Below, one piece after another: positions 55,118-58,349 of a stretch of 58,349 bases of DNA. The notes under the pieces are model-generated. The model saw only the letters and a list, made by a program, of their open reading frames with translations, did not search any database and was not told where the DNA came from. The DNA is from a virus. Taxonomy: Duplodnaviria > Caudoviricetes. Each line of letters starts with the position of its first letter. Position 1 is the first letter of the stretch. The translations under genes and the position numbers were made by a program. The stretch is from IMG/VR virus record IMGVR_UViG_3300020044_008128, positions 1 to 58,349 of that record; one strand, written 5' to 3'.

Positions 55118-55963
55118 TTAGGGCTTACGTGGGCGTCCTACGCGACGTGGCTCTACCTTAACTTCATCTTCAGCTTTTGGCGAGTCTTTCGTTTCCTGTG
55201 CGGCTTTCAAAGCATCGATTGTAGCAAAGACCTTCATGGTCGGTTCCTTCATTGGCTCCGGTTCCGGAGGAGGTGGGGCAGGAGGAGGAACCGCAGGAAG
55301 TTTGGTTCCAAGAACCTCGTCACCAAGTTCAGTCCCAAGAACTCGGGCCATGACCTTCGCCATACCAACGTGTTCAAGTCGGTAGCCTTCGTCCCACTTG
55401 GCATTGCCAATCAGGGAGGTCAAATGCGTTGATGGTGCCATCTCGCTGCGTCTCGCCACTTCGTGATGCACAACCCGACTGATAGGGGAATACTTGGAGA
55501 TCGTCGCCAAGTTGGCTGGATAGATTGCGGCTTCCAAGATATAGGGTGCCCCATTGACCACACGATCAATGCCGGAGCCATCCCGATAACGGTTGGGGAT
55601 GTAGTCCGCGCAACCAAGATACTGCTGACCGGAAGCCAGATACTCTTGCTCCAACTTGTCCGCCCAATCCTCGGAAAGGGGGACTGTCTCTGCGGTCAGG
55701 TAGAACCAATGGGTTCTGGTCATGTGCTTCATCACCACCGAGAATGGCTCGTTGTCCGACATGGGTGGAAGTCGAACGATACCTGAGAGCTTCTCAATGA
55801 TAGTCACGCCCATACCTTCAAAAATGCGGGCGACCTCCGTACGATAGGTGGGAGTGCAGAACACAAAGATCGGATGCTTGCTCGGACCAAAGCTCCTGAG
55901 AATATCTGCCAACTTCTTTACTCTTGGTAATGACGACGAGGGTGCCGGAATAGCAATTTCCAT
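55118..55963 (-). CDS. Glycosyltransferase-like paralog of 7279..8091 with Pro-rich tail
   Basis: WFYLTAETVPLSEDWADKLEQEYLASGQQYLG..IYP aligns with WLLLETDMVPVTPDWLPVLEKEYNTAKKPFMG..VYP. Confidence 0.6.
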   Translation of the reverse strand: MEIAIPAPSSSLPRVKKLADILRSFGPSKHPIFVFCTPTYRTEVARIFEGMGVTIIEKLSGIVRLPPMSDNEPFSVVMKHMTRTHWFYLTAETVPLSEDWADKLEQEYLASGQQYLGCADYIPNRYRDGSGIDRVVNGAPYILEAAIYPANLATISKYSPISRVVHHEVARRSEMAPSTHLTSLIGNAKWDEGYRLEHVGMAKVMARVLGTELGDEVLGTKLPAVPPPAPPPPEPEPMKEPTMKVFATIDALKAAQETKDSPKAEDEVKVEPRRVGRPRKP

Positions 55964-55970
55964 ATTTGAT

Positions 55971-56000
55971 ACTATATCAAGTGCTTTGTGTGTTGTGCAA
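55971..56000 (-). promoter_or_regulatory. Putative leaderless promoter (TTGCAC-N18-TATAGT)
   Basis: -10 ends 7 nt before ATG 55963. Confidence 0.5.
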
Positions 56001-57782
56001 CTACCATTTTCTGAGCTTGGTTAAACGGGATGCAAAGGTTTTGAACGCACTTTTCCTCTGATGTCCGTCCGCCTCAACCTTCTTGGCTTTTGCTTTGCTG
56101 GACATGCCCAAGCGTCTGCGTGCCAACTCCAAACACAGGAGTGCTGCATCCCCAAGGTCACAAGAACGTCCAATGCGTTTCTTTACTAACTCCTTCGGTT
56201 CAACTTGAACCTTCCCCTGTGCCTTGGTGCTGTACGCTCTAGCACAAAGCTCTTTAGCAAGAGCAGGCGATATTCCACGAATCTGGTTAGATTGAATGTA
56301 CTCCCTCCCAATGAACCAAATCTCTGAGACTTTATTTACATAAACTTCATGGGCAGGCCGGGGGTCGGTTCCACTTGCCGACATATCAGAAGCCTTTCCC
56401 CCAAACCCAACCTCCAAAAAGTCTCCTGACCACATAGAGCGAACCATATCGCAGAAAGGTTTCCCTGCACCCGTCCCGTCAATCGCCAAGTTCTTGGGGT
56501 GCACCCCTCGTTTAGCGCAAGCCTCGCGAAGTTGTGTTATTATCTGCTGGGATCGGGACTCCATCTTTTTGTTGTTGTCGTCCTTCAACTCCAGATGCTC
56601 CCCCCACTCCAAAGCGTTCATCCCATTGGCAAGAGTTCCAAACTTGGCAAAAAATACCACCGTTCTATCCCCGCCGTTAGTGAAAGAAGGGTCAAATCCT
56701 GCAATAGTTGTGGGGGGTTCCAGCCAAATGGCGGGGCTATTTGCTTTGTAGGTTACAATGTCTGCCTCGCTGTAGATGGATTCACTTGCTCCAGTAGGAC
56801 TCCAAAAACCTTTGATCATCCGATAGTAGAGGAGCGACTTTTCCCCCATAACTCTTTGAGCTTCTGCCAACTTATCGTTGGTAATCATCCAAGGGTAAAT
56901 GGTCTTCCCTGCTAATACGTTTGGGGATTTCTCGCCATCAAAGCGCAAACACCACCCTCGTTTGGTTTTCCACTCCTCCATATCCTCGGTCAGGCTTGAC
57001 CATCCGGTTTCCGGTTCGCAGAACATACCAAAGGGATCATAGTAGCTGTTGGGGTTACCCAAACCTATCATCTGAAAGTTAGGATTGCCTGAGAGATTAG
57101 ACTCTGCTGCGGCTACCAAGGACTCCGAAAGCTCTGGTAACTCATCAGCTATTAGAAACATTCGATTGGCTTTGAACCCGATCAACTTGCCAATGGACTC
57201 TTTCTCCTTGGTTTTCTCTCCGGCTACCAAGGATAGCCCACACTTGTCGGACTGCTGCCCGCCTTGGCGGAAGCGGATTAGACCTTGGGAGGAAACAAGT
57301 TCCCCGGGCATGTTAACTTCTCCACCAAGGATTGCACAAGCGGCTTGCCAGTACTCTTCTACACTTCCCCAAATTCTTCCTCGGCTATCCTTCAGGGATG
57401 TGGAGGTGTAGATCACCTTCGTTTCATTGGGTGCTGCCAAGAAGTTCACGATTCCCCAAAGGGCAAAGGCATCCGACTTCCCTGAGCTTCGGCTACCTGC
57501 CACACCAAGGTAGTCATACTCGCAAGCCGCTTTGAGCATCCGGTCACTCCAAGGGTTCCAGACGAACTTCTTGGTGGAGGCTTTGTTGTTCCAGATCGCG
57601 TTCACGATGTTCTGGAAATGGGTGAATTGCCCCGGACACTCCGGCCCCGTGATCTTGTGCCGGAAGGCTTGGAACTCAATTAGGATGTCGGTCACGGGTT
57701 TCCCGCCCTGTGGTGCCCACATTTTACCGTATTTCATCCGGTAGCCCTGTGAAACAAGTTCTGCAATACGTTCGGGTTCCAT
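56001..57782 (-). CDS. terL: Terminase large subunit
   Basis: Walker A GSRSSGKS, Walker B LIADE, GLGNP, nuclease GFDPS..GGD, IDGTGAG, S.DLGDA. Confidence 0.92.
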   Translation of the reverse strand: MEPERIAELVSQGYRMKYGKMWAPQGGKPVTDILIEFQAFRHKITGPECPGQFTHFQNIVNAIWNNKASTKKFVWNPWSDRMLKAACEYDYLGVAGSRSSGKSDAFALWGIVNFLAAPNETKVIYTSTSLKDSRGRIWGSVEEYWQAACAILGGEVNMPGELVSSQGLIRFRQGGQQSDKCGLSLVAGEKTKEKESIGKLIGFKANRMFLIADELPELSESLVAAAESNLSGNPNFQMIGLGNPNSYYDPFGMFCEPETGWSSLTEDMEEWKTKRGWCLRFDGEKSPNVLAGKTIYPWMITNDKLAEAQRVMGEKSLLYYRMIKGFWSPTGASESIYSEADIVTYKANSPAIWLEPPTTIAGFDPSFTNGGDRTVVFFAKFGTLANGMNALEWGEHLELKDDNNKKMESRSQQIITQLREACAKRGVHPKNLAIDGTGAGKPFCDMVRSMWSGDFLEVGFGGKASDMSASGTDPRPAHEVYVNKVSEIWFIGREYIQSNQIRGISPALAKELCARAYSTKAQGKVQVEPKELVKKRIGRSCDLGDAALLCLELARRRLGMSSKAKAKKVEADGHQRKSAFKTFASRLTKLRKW

Positions 57783-57950
57783 GCTTTAATAAACTATTTC
57801 AGATTGGAAAAAAATTTTTCAGAGGGTTACGTAGTATGATCTGGTGGGATGGGGAAAGGGGGAGGGACGGGTGGCGTGGGGGCAGGGAAAAAGGAGCGAG
57901 GAAAGCGGAGCGAGGCGAAAGGGCGCGAATATGGCAGGGGGGGGTGTCCT

Positions 57951-58166
57951 TTAGGGGGCGGGGTCTGGTTGGGAATTGGTCGAGACATCCAAGAAAACTG
58001 GGGAACCCTCGGTTGATATAGCCTGAGGAAAGGTTAGACTCACGACTGGCGCGGCCTGATCTAGTCCGGCGGCACGGTCAGCGAGTCTGGCGGCGCGCTC
58101 GATGTCGCCCCAATTGGTGAGGTCTGGCGGAGTGTCGGCAATGGCGGACAAAGCACGCTGAGCCAT
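57951..58166 (-). CDS. Possible terminase small subunit, C-terminal part
   Basis: Position upstream of terL; protein-like frame extends upstream of ATG 58166 to a T7 run near 58240. Confidence 0.35.
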   Translation of the reverse strand: MAQRALSAIADTPPDLTNWGDIERAARLADRAAGLDQAAPVVSLTFPQAISTEGSPVFLDVSTNSQPDPAP

Positions 58167-58349
58167 GGCAAAAATCTGGCTCCTGTGCTGCTCGCCTTTT
58201 TGCGCCCAAGACTGCGCGGCAACGGCTAGGGGCTTTTGGAAAAAAAGTTACGGCGGACAAGAGTGCAAAACGCCCACTCGGCTGGCAAAAGAATGTCCTC
58301 CCAAAGACTCAGGCTACAAAACGCGATCCTGTGGTATTAAGCGGAGCCT

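Noticed and set aside
1-58349. Terminal repeats or circular overlap; alternative genetic code
   Set aside because: Ends do not match each other; genes are long and intact under code 11 with all three stops used
58167-58349. Programmed frameshift at the T7 run extending the putative small terminase
   Set aside because: The shifted frame also closes within ~70 nt; contig-end errors are as likely, so it cannot be supported

Overview
Near-complete (~58 kb, both ends apparently cut mid-gene) genome of a temperate, probably short-tailed dsDNA phage. The host is probably a Verrucomicrobia/PVC-type bacterium, inferred from delta-60/choice-of-anchor-like virion proteins and weak Shine-Dalgarno use. 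The + strand arm (1-16.2 kb) carries RuvC-like resolvase, HTH regulators, SF2 helicase, DUF2800/Cas4-like nuclease, an inserted FkbM/glycosyltransferase trio, SSB, family-A DNA polymerase, primase-helicase and a tyrosine integrase. The convergent - strand arm (58.2-16.2 kb) carries terminase, portal, scaffold, AlkB-like oxygenase, capsid, lysis genes, dNMP kinase, tail/receptor-binding proteins, ejection proteins and a 4095-aa polyvalent protein. Main observations: (1) a 7-blade delta-60 beta-propeller split mid-blade (3.5+3.5) between two genes by a cassette made of a mucin-like poly-Thr/Pro tail, a Maf/DUF115-like-FkbM fusion and a GT2, a candidate virion self-glycosylation system backed by five more glyco-genes elsewhere; (2) polA fractured inside motif B by a split intein whose halves lie in different frames, bridged by an HNH endonuclease in the third frame; (3) a ~215-nt highly structured, CCA-ending non-coding RNA candidate just upstream of polA. 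All functional calls come from motif recognition by eye, not database searches.
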